A stretch of 64,000 bases of DNA. Source: Nemertoderma westbladi. Taxonomy: Eukaryota; Animalia; Xenacoelomorpha. The notes below the pieces were generated by a model. It was not told the DNA's origin, made no database searches, and saw only the letters and a program-made list of their open reading frames with translations. The DNA is taken from the NCBI GenBank assembly GCA_032718475.1, contig JAUCBJ010004420.1, forward strand, positions 97,258 to 161,257. The letters run 5' to 3'. Each line of letters opens with the position of its first letter. The first letter of the stretch is position 1. A program made the position numbers and the translations under genes. Of the stretch, positions 48,067-60,768 are shown in pieces.

Positions 48067-50119
48067 ATTTATTGGGAATTGTAGCTTTATTTTATACTCA
48101 AATCAATAATAAATAACTAGCACAATATTTATTGGGAATTGTAGCTTTATTTTATACTCAAATCAATAATAAATAACTAGCACAATATTTATTGGGAATT
48201 GTAGCTTTATATTATACTCACATCAATAATAAATAACTAGCACAATATTTATTGGGAATTGTAGCTTTATTTTATACTCATATCAATAATAAATAACTAG
48301 CACAATATTTATTGGGAATTGTAGCTTTATTTTATACTCAAATCAATAATAAATAACTAGCACAATATTTATTGGGAATTGTAGCTTTATTTTATACTCA
48401 AATCAATAATAAATAACTAGCACAATATTTATTGGGAATTGTAGCTTTATTTTATACTCACATCAATAATAAATAACTAGCACAATATTTATTTTGAATT
48501 GTAGCTTTATTTTATACTCACCTCAATAATAAATAACTAGCACAATATTTATTTGGAATTGTAGCTTTATTTTATACACACATCAATAATAAATAACTAA
48601 CTAGCACAATATTTATTGGGAATTGTAGCTTTATTTTATACTCACATCAATAATAAATAACTCGCACAATATTTATTGGGAATTGTAGCTTTATTTTATA
48701 CTCACATCAATAATAAATAACTAGCACAATATTTATTTTGAATTGTAGCTTTATTTTATACTCACCTCAATAATAAATAACTAGCACAATATTTATTTGG
48801 AATTGTAGCTTTATTTTATACACACATCAATAATAAATAACTAACTAGCACAATATTTATTGGGAATTGTAGCTTTATTTTATACTCATATCAATAATAA
48901 ATAACTAGCACAATATTTATTGGGAATTGTAGCTTTATTTTATACTCAAATCAATAATAAATAACTAGCACAATATTTATTGGGAATTGTAGCTTTATTT
49001 TATACTCAAATCAATAATAAATAACTAGCACAATATTTATTGGGAATTGTAGCTTTATTTTATACTCACATCAATAATAAATAACTAGCACAATATTTAT
49101 TTTGAATTGTAGCTTTATTTTATACTCACCTCAATAATAAATAACTAGCACAATATTTATTTGGAATTGTAGCTTTATTTTATACACACATCAATAATAA
49201 ATAACTAACTAGCACAATATTTATTGGGAATTGTAGCTTTATTTTATACTCACATCAATAATAAATAACTCGCACAATATTTATTGGGAATTGTAGCTTT
49301 ATTTTATACTCACATCAATAATAAATAACTAGCACAATATTTATTGGGAATTGTAGCTTTATTATATACTCAAATCAATAATAAATAACTAGCACAATAT
49401 TTATTGGGAATTGTAGCTTTATTTTATACTCACATCAATAATAAATAACTAGCACAATATTTATTGGGAATTGTAGCTTTATTATTTACTCACCTCAATA
49501 ATAAATAACTAGCACAATATTTATTGGGAATTGTAGCTTTATTATATACTCACCTCAATAATAAATAACTAGCACAATATTTATTGGGAATTGTAGCTTT
49601 ATTTTATTCTCACATCAATAATAAATAACTCGCACAATATTTATTGGGAATTGTAGCTTTATTTTATACTCACCTCAATATTAAATAACTAGCACAATAT
49701 TTATTGGGAATTGTAGCTTTATTTTATACTCGCATCAATAATAAATAACTAGCACAATATTTATTGGGAATTGTAGCTTTATTTTATACTCACATCAATA
49801 ATAAATAACTCGCACAATATTTATTGGGAATTGTAGCTTTATTTTATACTCACATCAATAATAAATAACTAGCACAATATTTATTGGGAATTGTAGCTTT
49901 ATTTTATACTCACCTCAATATTAAATAACTAGCACAATATTTATTGGGAATTGTAGCTTTATTTTATACTCACATCAATAATAAATAACTAGCACAATAT
50001 TTATTGGGAATTGTAGCTTTATTTTATACTCACCTCAATAATAAATAACTCGCACAATATTTATTGGGAATTGTAGATTTATTTTATACTCACATCAATA
50101 ATAAATATCAGCACAATAT
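48067..50119. repeat. 60-bp AT-rich tandem satellite, ~34 units
   Basis: Consensus ATTTATTGGGAATTGTAGCTTTATTTTATACTCACATCAATAATAAATAACTAGCACAAT. Confidence 0.97.
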
Positions 50120-50879
50120 ATAACTAACCAGTAACTCTTCTCTTCACTTCTAGATCTTCTGATATTTCCTGGTTAGCAACACTTGCAGCTGCAAATCTAT
50201 TGACTTGTAGTGTCAAAAGTAATAGGCATAATAATGCCTTCACCATTTCAGGGACTGCCATAAGGCTAAGTACCCTGAATGGGATATAGGCCTACCGGGT
50301 ACAATAACCCAGAAGTTGGCACCACCAAGTCGAATAATTAAATTAAATATAACAGCTACCTTACGATTTGTATAATATTGTATCCGTGTTGTACAGCATT
50401 ATATTCCTGTAGTTATGAGAAGCAACAGATCCTGCAATAATAAGCTTATGGATTTTTTCTCATGTAGAACGATGATGAACATGTAGAGAATAATATAACT
50501 TAATCCTCTCTCCACAAGCGGTCCATATCCATCTGTAATACCCATTCCTTGTATACAAGAGTAATACCCCCTTAGTACAATGTATTTAGCTACACTAACA
50601 TATAACTCAGGAATAAGGGGATTATAATATTCACTGACCTCTGTTGCATTACATTCGATTTTTAAGCATCTCATAACTCACATTGTTAGTAACAATGTAG
50701 TTTATGAGATAGTCGACATAAGATAATAACTAAATTATAGTCAGAAAGTTGCAATTAATAGTGGAAACATGCAACTTCGACACAGTAGGTACATTTACTG
50801 GCATATCTGATTTGGCTCAAATTTCAATATTTCACTCTTCAATATCAGTATAGTATTCTTCAACAGTAAAAAATCACCC

Positions 50880-51052
50880 AGAGTAGTTGCACCCCCAGTT
50901 AAAATAAATAAAAATTAAAATTAAAAAAAAAGAAAATTCTAACAACCGGGGGGTGAAAATTTACTGGGGATTTTAACCGGGGGGTGAAAATTCACTAGGG
51001 ATTTTAACCAGGGGGGGAATTTTTAAGGGTGTAGAAATTTTCTGCTAAACTG
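50880..51052. repeat. G-tract subterminal repeats, probably one end of a DNA transposon
   Basis: AACCGGGGGGTGAAAATT(T/C)ACT(G/A)GGGATTTT occurs 2-3 times, ending ...TTTTCTGCTAAACTGG. No partner end was found. Confidence 0.4.
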
Positions 51053-51192
51053 GTTGATAGTGTTGGACAGTTTGATTTATTATATTGAAATCCTTCCACA
51101 TAATCCTCCCACCACCAACCACTAACTGCGCCTGTATATAGTTGTCAGCAGCCATTCTACAGTATCCCAAACTCAAGGAACACCTGTGATTC

Positions 51193-51818
51193 CTACTACT
51201 ACTAGGTCGAGCGAACTCGGACAGTGGAAATGAGAACCTTCCAGGCTTCCCGATTCTCCATAGTTGTCGCAATTTCGTTTCTCCTAAGTTCAGTATCCCT
51301 TTCAAGTTGATCTATATATGTTATGGCCGGTCGTCCACGACTACGCTTTCCATGAGTTGGCTGCCAGAAAAGTAGATCTGGTATGACCTCGTCTTTACTT
51401 CGCCAGCAGTGCCCACTGAATCTTAATCTGCGTTCACGGAGGGTGGTTGATACAGGTGGTATTGTACCATAAAGCTCGGCGTTTGTCATGTATTGTCTCC
51501 AGCTGATGTTTAGGGCTGCCCTTAGTAGTCTTGTGTAGCAACCAACCATCAATTCGTTGTTCAAGTGATTTAGTCAGTGTCCAGGTCTCACCCCCATATA
51601 AAAATACACTTTCCACTGTGGCTCGAAAGAACTTAGTCTTCAGGTGCCTGGAGAGACATGATTTCCAGATGGTATCCATTTTTGATAGAGCTACCCAAGC
51701 CTTTGCTTTCCTAACTTCTATGTCCTTTTTGCTACTCTCTATCCATGATCCAAGGTACTGGAAGTCATCGACCTTCCTTAGTTGATTATTATCAATGGTT
51801 GTCAAGTTTCCATCAACA
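51193..51818 (-). mobile_element. RTE-like LINE 3' fragment (RT C-terminus, frameshifted)
   Basis: DDFQYLGSWI, FFRATVESVFLYGGETWTLTK, RRLRFSGHCWR; the stop codon merges into a (TAG)n tail. Confidence 0.88.
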
Positions 51819-51822
51819 TTAA

Positions 51823-51993
51823 CCCTATTAAACCCGGGGGGGGGGTCAATATGACCCCCCCCCGTGGTTTTTTTATTATAATTCTGAAACAAACGCAGTT
51901 GGGAATCTGAAATTTTATGACTTTTCCTAAAAATCTATTGTCTTCCTAGTAGTGAAAACCGTTTTCAAAAAGATTGGGTACTTTTCGAGTTAT
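51823..51993. mobile_element. Truncated piggyBac-like (TTAA|CCC) MITE end
   Basis: TTAA at 51819-51822, then CCCTATTAAACCC and a G-run/C-run hairpin (GGGGGGTCAATATGACCCCCC). It is cut off at the junction with unit C. Confidence 0.55.
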
Positions 51994-52629
51994 AGGAAGA
52001 AGAAAATGAGAGTGGTGATGAAGAAAATGAGAGCGAGAAAGAAGTCGAGTAACATGAAAGTGAGGAGGAGAATGACTCAGATAATGAGGAGATATTAAGA
52101 CATGTATTAGGAAATAAAAATAAATTGCAGAAAATAATTAGACAATTGAATGAAATGCAGAAACATTCGCATAAGGAGAGTGATAATGATGGAAATGAGA
52201 GTGATGAGGATGAATCGGATGAGAGTAATGATGGTAGTGTAAAAGAAGCAGAGGAGAGTAGCGATGGCAGTGAGGAAGAATCAGAGGAGAATGACAATGA
52301 AAATTAACAGAAAATCAGAGTAGGGAATGGAAAAGTTATATCTCCAGCAACTGTTGTATATCGACCTAGGCGAATGAACAGTCGTACAGTTAATGTGAGT
52401 CATTAATTATAACTGATTGTTTGAAATATTTATTATATTTAGTCGTATTAATTATGTAATTTCATAATAATATGTTTAATTAGACAAATAAAGTCAACTT
52501 GATCCTATTTTAAATGCATAATGAATGGGTAACCAAAACATCAAATTAGTTAAACATTTTGACAACAGATAAACAAATAATCTCCTGTGGGGAGAAATGG
52601 TGTGCTGGAGAAGTGGCTGAGGGTGAGGT

Positions 52630-53462
52630 TGTGGCTGTGGCTGTGGCTGTGGCTGAGGCTGTGGCTATGGCTGTGGCTGAGGCTGTGGCTGTGGCTGTGG
52701 CTGTGGCTGTGGCTGTGGCTGTGGCTGTGGCTGTGGCTGTGGCTGTGGCTGTGGCTGTGGCTGTGGCTGTGGCTGTGGCTGTGGCTGTGGCTGTGGCTGT
52801 GGCTGTGGCTGTGGCTGTGGCTGTGGCTGTGGCTGTGGCTGTGGCTGTGGCTGTGGCTGTGGCTGTGGCTGTGGCTGTGGCTGTGGCTGTGGCTGTGGCT
52901 GTGGCTGTGGCTGTGGCTGTGGCTGTGGCTGTGGCTGTGGCTGTGGCTGTGGCTGTGGCTGTGGATGTGGCTGTGGCTGTGGCTGTGGTTGTGGCTGTGG
53001 CTGTGGTTGTGGCTGCGGCAGTGGCTGTGGCTGTGGCTGTGGCTGTGGCTGTGGCTGTGGCTGTGGCTGTGGCTGTGGCTGTGGCTGTGGCTGTGGCTGT
53101 GGCTGTGGCTGTGGTTGTGGCTGTGGCTGTGGCTGTGGCTGTGGCTGTGGCTGTGGCTGTGGCTGTGGCTGTGGCTGTGGCTGTGGCTGTGGCTGTGGCT
53201 GTGGCTGAGGCTGTGGCTGTGGCTGTGGCTGTTGCTGTGGCTGTGGCTGTGGCTGTGGCTGCGTCTGTGGCTGTGGCTGTGGCTGTGGCTGAGGCTGAGG
53301 CTGTGGCTGTGGCTGTGGCTGTGGCTGTGGCTGTGGCTGTGGCTGTGGCTGTGGCTGTGGTTGTGGCTGTGGTTGTGGTTGTGGCTGTGGCTGTGGCTGA
53401 GGCTGTGGCTGTGGCTGTGGCTGTGGCTGAGGCTGTGGCTGAGGCTGTGGCTGTGGCTGTGG
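52630..53462. repeat. (GTGGCT)n hexamer array, copy C
   Basis: Direct reading. Confidence 0.97.
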
Positions 53463-53532
53463 GGAGTGCCTCAGGTCTTAAATCAGAGTCTTATAAATTT
53501 GAACGTTAACGAACAAATTCGAACGTTACTGT

Positions 53533-53601
53533 TCCACCTTGGTGTAGTGGTTGCTTTGAATTCACATCTCCAGTAGGTCGTGGGTTCGATCCTCGGATGG
53601 A
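53533..53601 (+). ncRNA. tRNA-derived Pol III unit, copy C
   Basis: A-box TGGTGTAGTGG (53540) and B-box GGTTCGATCC (53583); TCCA/TGGA ends; TTTT shortly downstream. Confidence 0.65.
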
Positions 53602-54250
53602 GAAGGGCAGTTTTCGTTCGGTCAGCAATAGGTCTAACTATACAAAATGTAGTATTATTGCCTAGTAACCAATTCATAGCTACTGTATCGTCTGTACTGT
53701 AAGGACTGTATGTTCGTACATGTTCGACTGTACATTTCGCCCTTTAGCGGCAGACTAGGGAACTTCAGACTACTATGTGACTCCACAAAAAGATATAGCC
53801 TATATTGTAATAGATACCGACTGGGGGGTTAAAATTAAGTAATAATATATCTAAAAAAAAGTCTCAAACATTAATTAATTAAACCATTAAACAATTAATT
53901 AATTGTTTAATGGTTTGTGCCTTAGAGGTGGGCGACGTTCGTGGTGGCTACTGGGGCTGGATGACGGCGCAGGTGCTTGGGTAGCAGACTGAAGAGTTTG
54001 GTTGGTGAAGAGTAAGTCTATCGTGTTACCGGATTATAGACTGGACTAGGATGCGCGACTGAGTAACTCAGGTGACCATGATGCGTGTGGTTCATTCGAC
54101 GCTATGATGTGATTATGTGGCCTGATACCCGAACAGGTGATCCAGGTAGCTTGTCAGATCATTGCTCAAGGTCTCTCCGCAATTCTTGGCGATGTGGCAA
54201 GCGGTTTTTGGTGCGATTTGGTTTTCCCTAACTGATCATTTATTTAACTT

Positions 54251-54753
54251 TGTGGGGCGAGCCACGAAGTTGGCGGAGCCTTAGCGAATTGACACTGTTA
54301 GGGGGTGGGTCAATTTATGCAAATAGTTGTCGTCGTCGTCGTTGTCGTCGTCGTCGTCGTTGTCGTCGTCGTTACGATTTTGACATGCTAATAACTTTGT
54401 CGGATTTAAAGCTGCCAAGTTGAAAATTTGTAGGTATCAATATGAGCAAAAGTTGAGATTTTTGAGAGACTTTCAGACACCATCAGTGCAATGGTCTCCC
54501 GCTAGAGGGCCACATGTCTAAACATTAAATGCCCTCCCATTTCTTTGCTTTTAATCCGTTTAAGCTGAAACTTGGCAGATATGTATTAGACCATTAGCTG
54601 TGACTTTCAAAGGAGGCGAATCCATCTGCAGTTCTCCAGTCTGCCGCTAGAGGGCCAACGTGACAACGACAACTATTTGCATAAATTGACCCACCCCCTA
54701 ACAGTGTCAATTCGCTAAGGCTTCGCCAACTTCGTGCTGCGCGAAGTCCCCAC
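54251..54753. mobile_element. MITE/HINE-like element, copy C
   Basis: Same structure as 46951-47460. Confidence 0.6.
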
Positions 54754-55358
54754 TTCGTGTACAATGTAGAGTAGATGTGGGTGCGGTGGCGGTTGTACAG
54801 TATTTAATCAAGTCATGTCCAATATACAGTTCTGATGATCATTGTTTAATTGTCCAATTAATTAATTAATTAATTAATTAATTAATGACCTACTTACCAC
54901 CTAAGGTGCGAAGTAGGTCCAACTATCGCAGAAAAGGGGTTCATCTTACTACTATTATATGCAAAATTTTCAAGCATATTCAAACAATCAAAAGCGTGAA
55001 ACCGGTAGTCATACAGCAATTGGATGTCTTTAGTGGGATCGGAAACACTTGAGAGAGAACATTTTAAAATTTAAAATAAACTTAATCATTCCAAAGTGAA
55101 TACTTTTTAATTCAATTATTAATTAACCTAAATAGCCTCTTCTCTGAAAATGCCAACATCGTACAGTTTATTCCCAAATCCGATACTGTCTCAGCACAAA
55201 AGTTATTTTATCATTTTAGACTGTGCATTCTTACTTGGGGTTGAATTGTATTGCCAGTGCAGTGTCGGTGATGTATGGGGTTTGTAAATATGCGGACTGA
55301 GTGCTCTGGATCTATAGACATTGTATCATTGTTATTGTAGTAGTTTTATTGCAAATTG

Positions 55359-55614
55359 ATTTATTGGGAATTGTAGCTTTATTTTATACTCAAATCAATA
55401 ATAAATAACTAGCACAATATTTATTGGGAATTGTAGCTTTATTTTATACTCAAATCAATAATAAATAACTAGCACAATATTTATTGGGAATTGTAGCTTT
55501 ATTTTATACTCACATCAATAATAAATATCAGCACAATATTTATGGGGAATTGTAGCTTTATTTTTACTCACCTCAATAATAAATAACTAGCTCAATATTT
55601 ATTGAGAATTATAG
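55359..55614. repeat. 60-bp satellite, ~4 units, cut by an LTR
   Basis: Same consensus as 48067-50119; stops mid-unit at 55614. Confidence 0.9.
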
Positions 55615-56843
55615 TGTTCGCGCTTTCAGACCTTTGGCAGTTTAACCCACCAAATTAAGATGTCTTCTAGATATTAAATCTGTTTTTAGTCTATGACAAG
55701 TATTTGATTCACTACACTAGTCGAAACCAATCCGTGCGCGACCATTCACCCGCTGGAGATTCCCGGGAGATTGGGTTCGACGGTTTAATTTTATTGCTAT
55801 GTAAGCCTAATGTATTATTCGACTGACAGTATTATATAATCTCTGACAATATTATTCACCTTCGGGAATATTAACAGTTCCTTTAGGACGTGGCGCTTTA
55901 TCTATATAAACAGAGTTATGACTTAAACTACTCACAACGATATGGCTTAATTATAATTCACATATATGGCGCATTCTTTAGGAATGCTTCTTTAACAGAC
56001 TCACTCATACACAATGCTGCACAATACTGCACACTAATCTGCCAATCTTCACTGATTTTAGTCACATATAAAAGGAACACAGGCTGACTCATGTAGGGTC
56101 TATCAAATAACATTGGATTCACTTCAAACCACTTTAACATAAGTCACAATCGTTTATCTGTAACCCTTCTCTCTTACCTTCGGTATATCAAGAATATTGG
56201 GTTTCGGGGTTATTTATCGTTATTCCAAATATAATTATTCATCAACCATGTTATGAAGAACTGACAGTAAATAGCAGTATAAAACAACAACTGAACACTG
56301 ATTGTTATGAGTTTACAATGTTTCAGCAGTCAGGATGTATGATCCGTCAGCAGTAGTCGTTAGGTTAAAGGATATATGCCCTTTATAATTAAACCTACTA
56401 GTGTAAGACTAAAAAACAGTAAAGCACAAAATACTTCCAAGCCGTTCTTTCTTTGGCTCAGGACTGAATGTAAACACTGCACATAGGCATTGCGTCATTT
56501 CTCGGAAATTTTCTGTACAAGGAGCCACAAAAACGCTCTAATTGGCTGACTGAACTGAGAGACGCCGTAGAACAAAGGAAATCAACACGTATGAATGTCA
56601 GCTGTTAACCGTAGTCATAGTAACTACTGTTCAAGAGTAGCTATCACCCCTTTGCGTCACGAATTGCCATAGAATCATAAAATATGCCTTTCACAGTACA
56701 CATACGGAGGAAATAGGTCTTAGATCCTCTAAAAACACCGATACAGCAATAATACGGTCTCTTACACTTATTAAATCAACTACAGAGTATTTTAATGTAA
56801 AAGATAATAAAAATAACGGGGCAATTCAGCAAAGGCTTTTACA
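55615..56843 (-). repeat. Putative 3' LTR of a third, different BEL-like element
   Basis: Minus strand TGTAAAAG...CGCGAACA, preceded by GGAGCGG (same PPT-like motif as copies 1 and 2). The outer end coincides with the satellite break. No partner LTR lies in the window. Confidence 0.55.
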
Positions 56844-57900
56844 CCGCTCCCAGAAAATGGGATTTTCAGTCTATAAAATATAAAAATCACAGTTTCTAAA
56901 ACCTAAAGATACTCTAAACAGTTAGTCTTTCTTACGCAGACGGCGTTTACGCAGTTTTTTGAGGCTAGCAAGAGTCTTTTCTCTTTGGGGGGAGCCACTT
57001 TACTAGGAGGGCCATAACTCCTGGGTGAAGGGTGCAATATGATTGCATCAGAAGGTGTAGGATTGTGGTCGAGGTATCTGCCGTTTCGATATGCTTCTCC
57101 TCGAGCTGATTTTCCTCCGCTCGTAGCTGGATACGTTCATCCAAAAACTCTCGCAGAGAATATGATCGTCCAAGTTCGATAACTTCTTAGAGATTCTGGA
57201 TTTCCCAATCGAATTGAGATAAGGCCAATTCGTTTATCGATTGGACTCACTGTTATAACTTACGTTTATCTGAACAAACGCAGGTTTCCTTTTTGATCTT
57301 TATAAAATAGCGTTTAACTCGTTTCGTACAACGCTCTCCTTCACCTTGATGAGGGGTTGTATCGCGTTAAACGTGGACGACCATACGGTTGGATAGTGAT
57401 ATTAGGTGTCCGCGTCACAATCCGGCTAGGTAAGATGGGCGGCTAGCTAGAAATCACTGTCGGAGTGTTACCGATTAATTGTTAGGGTAGCACTAGATCT
57501 TTGAACAGTGAATACAGTCCGCGAGGATCCGCGACACCACCAAGATCGCAGGTCTGAGGTCCAACTAAGGAATGAGGAGGTTTGACCGAGTATTCCGGGA
57601 CTCTGATCGTAGGTTTACTCCAGGATCATTCGAGCCGAGTGAGCATAGGTGATACGTCAACAAGTTTCGGTTTACGTGGATGTTTATGTCTTTCCGTTTA
57701 TTAGTTGGGTCTAGGGCATTTATCGTAATAATACCAAAGACGCACTTCTGGTAGGGTAAACGCGGGTGATATTTATTTGTTGTTACAATGCTTCTATCAA
57801 GAATTCCAAATATACGTTGGAGTTACCGCGTCCATTTGTTTCTTTAGTGTCTTTTCTTTCGAGTTGATTTCGAATAGAATTTTCGCATTCGAATTTCAGT

Positions 57901-58377
57901 TTAGGGTTCCGACTCCGCTGGGCAGGATATATAGTCGACATAGTCCGTATTGTGTAAATCGATAGGATGACCAGTAGTTAAGAAGACCATATACGTACCA
58001 TTACGCTGCGTATATCGAGCAGCGAATTTTCTATAGTCCAACTCGCGCGCGGGCTGCTCTTGGGACATTGGCGGTTCGATATAACGACCATCGTCCTCCG
58101 CAGCAGTTGGACTAACGTCGCCGCTTATTAAGCTATCAACAAACGCTTGCAAAAATAGAGTATATCGCTCCCCGATACCAAGACCATCTTCTATCAACTC
58201 CGTCATATCTGCTATATATGAGTTTATCCATATTATAATGAGTTTATATTTAGGCGAGCGGGCGTCGCTGCCTACCCCAATCAACCCCGGACAGTACGAG
58301 ATCCTCAGCGCCGATGTGTCGTCGCCGCTATACTTTCGCCAACGACGTAGCCGCACAACGACAACGACAACCGACAC
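57901..58377 (-). CDS. Hypothetical protein (extra 3' ORF of the degenerate BEL)
   Basis: 158-aa open frame of protein-like composition between the pol remnant and the LTR; no motif recognised. Confidence 0.35.
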   Translation of the reverse strand: MSVVVVVVRLRRWRKYSGDDTSALRISYCPGLIGVGSDARSPKYKLIIIWINSYIADMTELIEDGLGIGERYTLFLQAFVDSLISGDVSPTAAEDDGRYIEPPMSQEQPARELDYRKFAARYTQRNGTYMVFLTTGHPIDLHNTDYVDYISCPAESEP

Positions 58378-59852
58378 AAGTCACTCGACTGTACGTCCCA
58401 AAGACTTAGATGTACTTCAGGTTTTCCTTGGAGAGTTAGGTTACTTTTACGATTGCGACTAGCTACTGTAAACACACCTTAGCAGTAACATTCACCTATA
58501 AACTCACAAATACCACACACACAACTTGTCACAAATTACACACATTCGGGCCATTTGTCCGTTAGTCAATGCCTTCCAGAATGTCACTGTATTATTATGT
58601 ATCCTTGGATACTAGTGCACTATTTATTCCCTATGCTATTCAATGGGACAAGCTTTCTATTGTTCTTTTAACTCCATTCTAATTCTAGCGTGGTTGTTGC
58701 TATGGTGACATTATGCAAAGCTAGCGGTAGAATTAGAGTAATTCCAATGCATACAGATCTGGGATGTTATTTAATAGTATTCTTTAATAGTCAATGTTCT
58801 GTTTTATACATGACTTTATGAATTTTATCGGCTATTGACTATGTTTGGGAGACTTTCGTACACGCATACGCATAATAATATAAATCTCCGCTCCCTTGAT
58901 CTATTAATTAATGGAATTTTGGGAATGTTATAAATTGCGTAAAATGGCAATTTATTAAATTCATTAAAAGACATGAATTTAAATTTATTCCCTGAAATTT
59001 TATTATTTGATAATTAAATGGACATATTTTGATTCTAGAACATGTCTAGGGACACAAGATCCTTAATTCTATGACAATTGTCTTTTTAAGAATATCGGTA
59101 AATGCTACGATATCTTAATCGACTAGAATTGTTAAAGGATCTGAATTTTACAGATTTTGACGTATTAGATTTGCAAATATTAAATAATTAATATTTGAGA
59201 TGGGCACCGATTTATTCCAGAACTTGTCTGGTGACGTTAACCACTGATTCTATAATTTGTCTTTCAAGTATATCGGTGGGTGCCACGATATCTTAATCGA
59301 CTAGAATTACAGATGGTCAAAGGTTTAACAGATTTATTTTGCGTTATACGCTACTGTTAAAGGGACATCACGCTACTATATGTATTATTTAATATACGGT
59401 ATGAGAGCAATATCGCACGAAGCAATGTCAGTGTGAAGAGGCAAGTCGTTTCCAAGGTCTACCCAGAGCTTGGTTTAGCCGAGACACGAGGATCTGAACT
59501 TTGCATTCCTAATACTCTGCCTACCAATAATACTTAAATATAGTAGTGGCATTATTGTACTTTAATAAGTACGGACATTTCATCTTACTGTAGTTACGTA
59601 TTTATAATATAATACGGACAGTAAGGAAAGAGAAAAAATAATTATTTCTTCGCCGTCGCACTAAATATAATATAAGTAATTACGTACGTAATAAACACGA
59701 ATATATTGCACTATTCTACAAAATAATCGCTAAATAATATTCTACTAAATTAAATAAAACGATTATAATAAAATTACATAGTAATACATACATAAATATA
59801 AAAATAATAGAATAATATAAATAATAGAGTCACACACCCACTCCATATGTTG

Positions 59853-60581
59853 TTACGTTATGGAGTCCCTAGATGTTTGAAGGATTAGGGAGGTGGTCGT
59901 GGGAAGAGAATCTTGCCTTCCACAGTTTCCGGAGAGTCCTCCATTCCCTTCCGATAAACACAAACGACCGACTGGGTGATTGAGTCGCTGCATCCGGAAT
60001 ACAATTCCAGGTTTCTTCTTCGTCCTGGAATAGTGACGATAGAAACATCGCTCAAAGTAGATGACGGCGTCACAAAGCCGATTCCAGGAGCTATAGTGGT
60101 CCGTCGCTCTCTGCAGGAGAGGTGAGAGTCCCTGCGAGACGTCTGATGTTCCAGAGCTCCAATCGCTCTCTCTGATCTTCGTGAAGGATCCACTCGCGGT
60201 GGGGAGGTTCAGATCCACGGCGTCGTCCCTGGCAACATGTAATACCGACAGATCTATCCTGGGTTCAAATAACTCCGATCCACCCGTCCGGGTTTCAGGT
60301 TCGACTTTCTCCGCTCCCTTGGCTGGTCTAATCTCAGTCGGAGTAAGATGGGGAGGCCATTCATTCTCCTTACTCAGGAAGTCGGGTTCACCTAACCGGT
60401 CTATAGTATCTGTCAGTTCTTGAGGAGTTGCTCCTCTGGAAGCGATGTCTGTTGGATTAAACTTCTTGGGGCAATATCTCCATTGATCTACATTGGAGCT
60501 AAGATTGTCATTATCTGAGGAGTGTGGTGTTCCCTCAGTTGGGTCGTCTCCCTCACTAGTATCATCTTCCCATTCACTCAC
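59853..60581 (-). pseudogene. BEL pol remnant (RNase H C-terminus/tether); integrase missing
   Basis: QWRYCPKKFNPTDIASRGATPQEL matches QWRHCPGVLNPADITSRGAMPAEF of copy 1; PDFLSKENEWP; YSSWNRL. Confidence 0.75.
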
Positions 60582-60768
60582 CTGGCAGACGCGATCTTGA
60601 AGCAGTCTTTCCCTGAGCGTTCTACGGGAAGGTCCAGTAAGGTACCAACCTACTCTAGTTGGATATGCGGTTCTTATGTAAACCTAAAAACAACACAACG
60701 TGGGAGGATCCTTCGTGAGGATTCTCCCACACCGGGCGTAGGCGTTCCAACATTAGTATATAGAAAGT

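Larger units (their letters stand above)
51994..55614 (+). repeat. Composite repeat unit, copy C (no BEL insertion)
   Basis: Collinear with 26558-28847 + 46848-~48300: acidic ORF remnant, (GTGGCT)n, tRNA-like unit, palindrome, MITE, start of the 60-bp satellite. Confidence 0.95.
55615..60768 (-). mobile_element. Degenerate BEL/Pao-like element (second family), cut at ~60769
   Basis: Putative LTR, pol remnant and downstream decayed ORF in the same order as copies 1 and 2. Confidence 0.55.

Noticed and set aside
48067-50119. CRISPR-like periodic array
   Set aside because: No unique spacers, the whole monomer repeats, no cas genes, and the context is eukaryotic.
50399-50674. 91-aa minus-strand ORF with a hydrophobic C-terminus
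   Set aside because: Short, no motif, and no second copy to test conservation.
59060-59310. ~65-bp direct repeat ending CGATATCTTAATCGACTAGAATT
   Set aside because: Ordinary local duplication in a degenerate element's UTR; nothing further supports a function.
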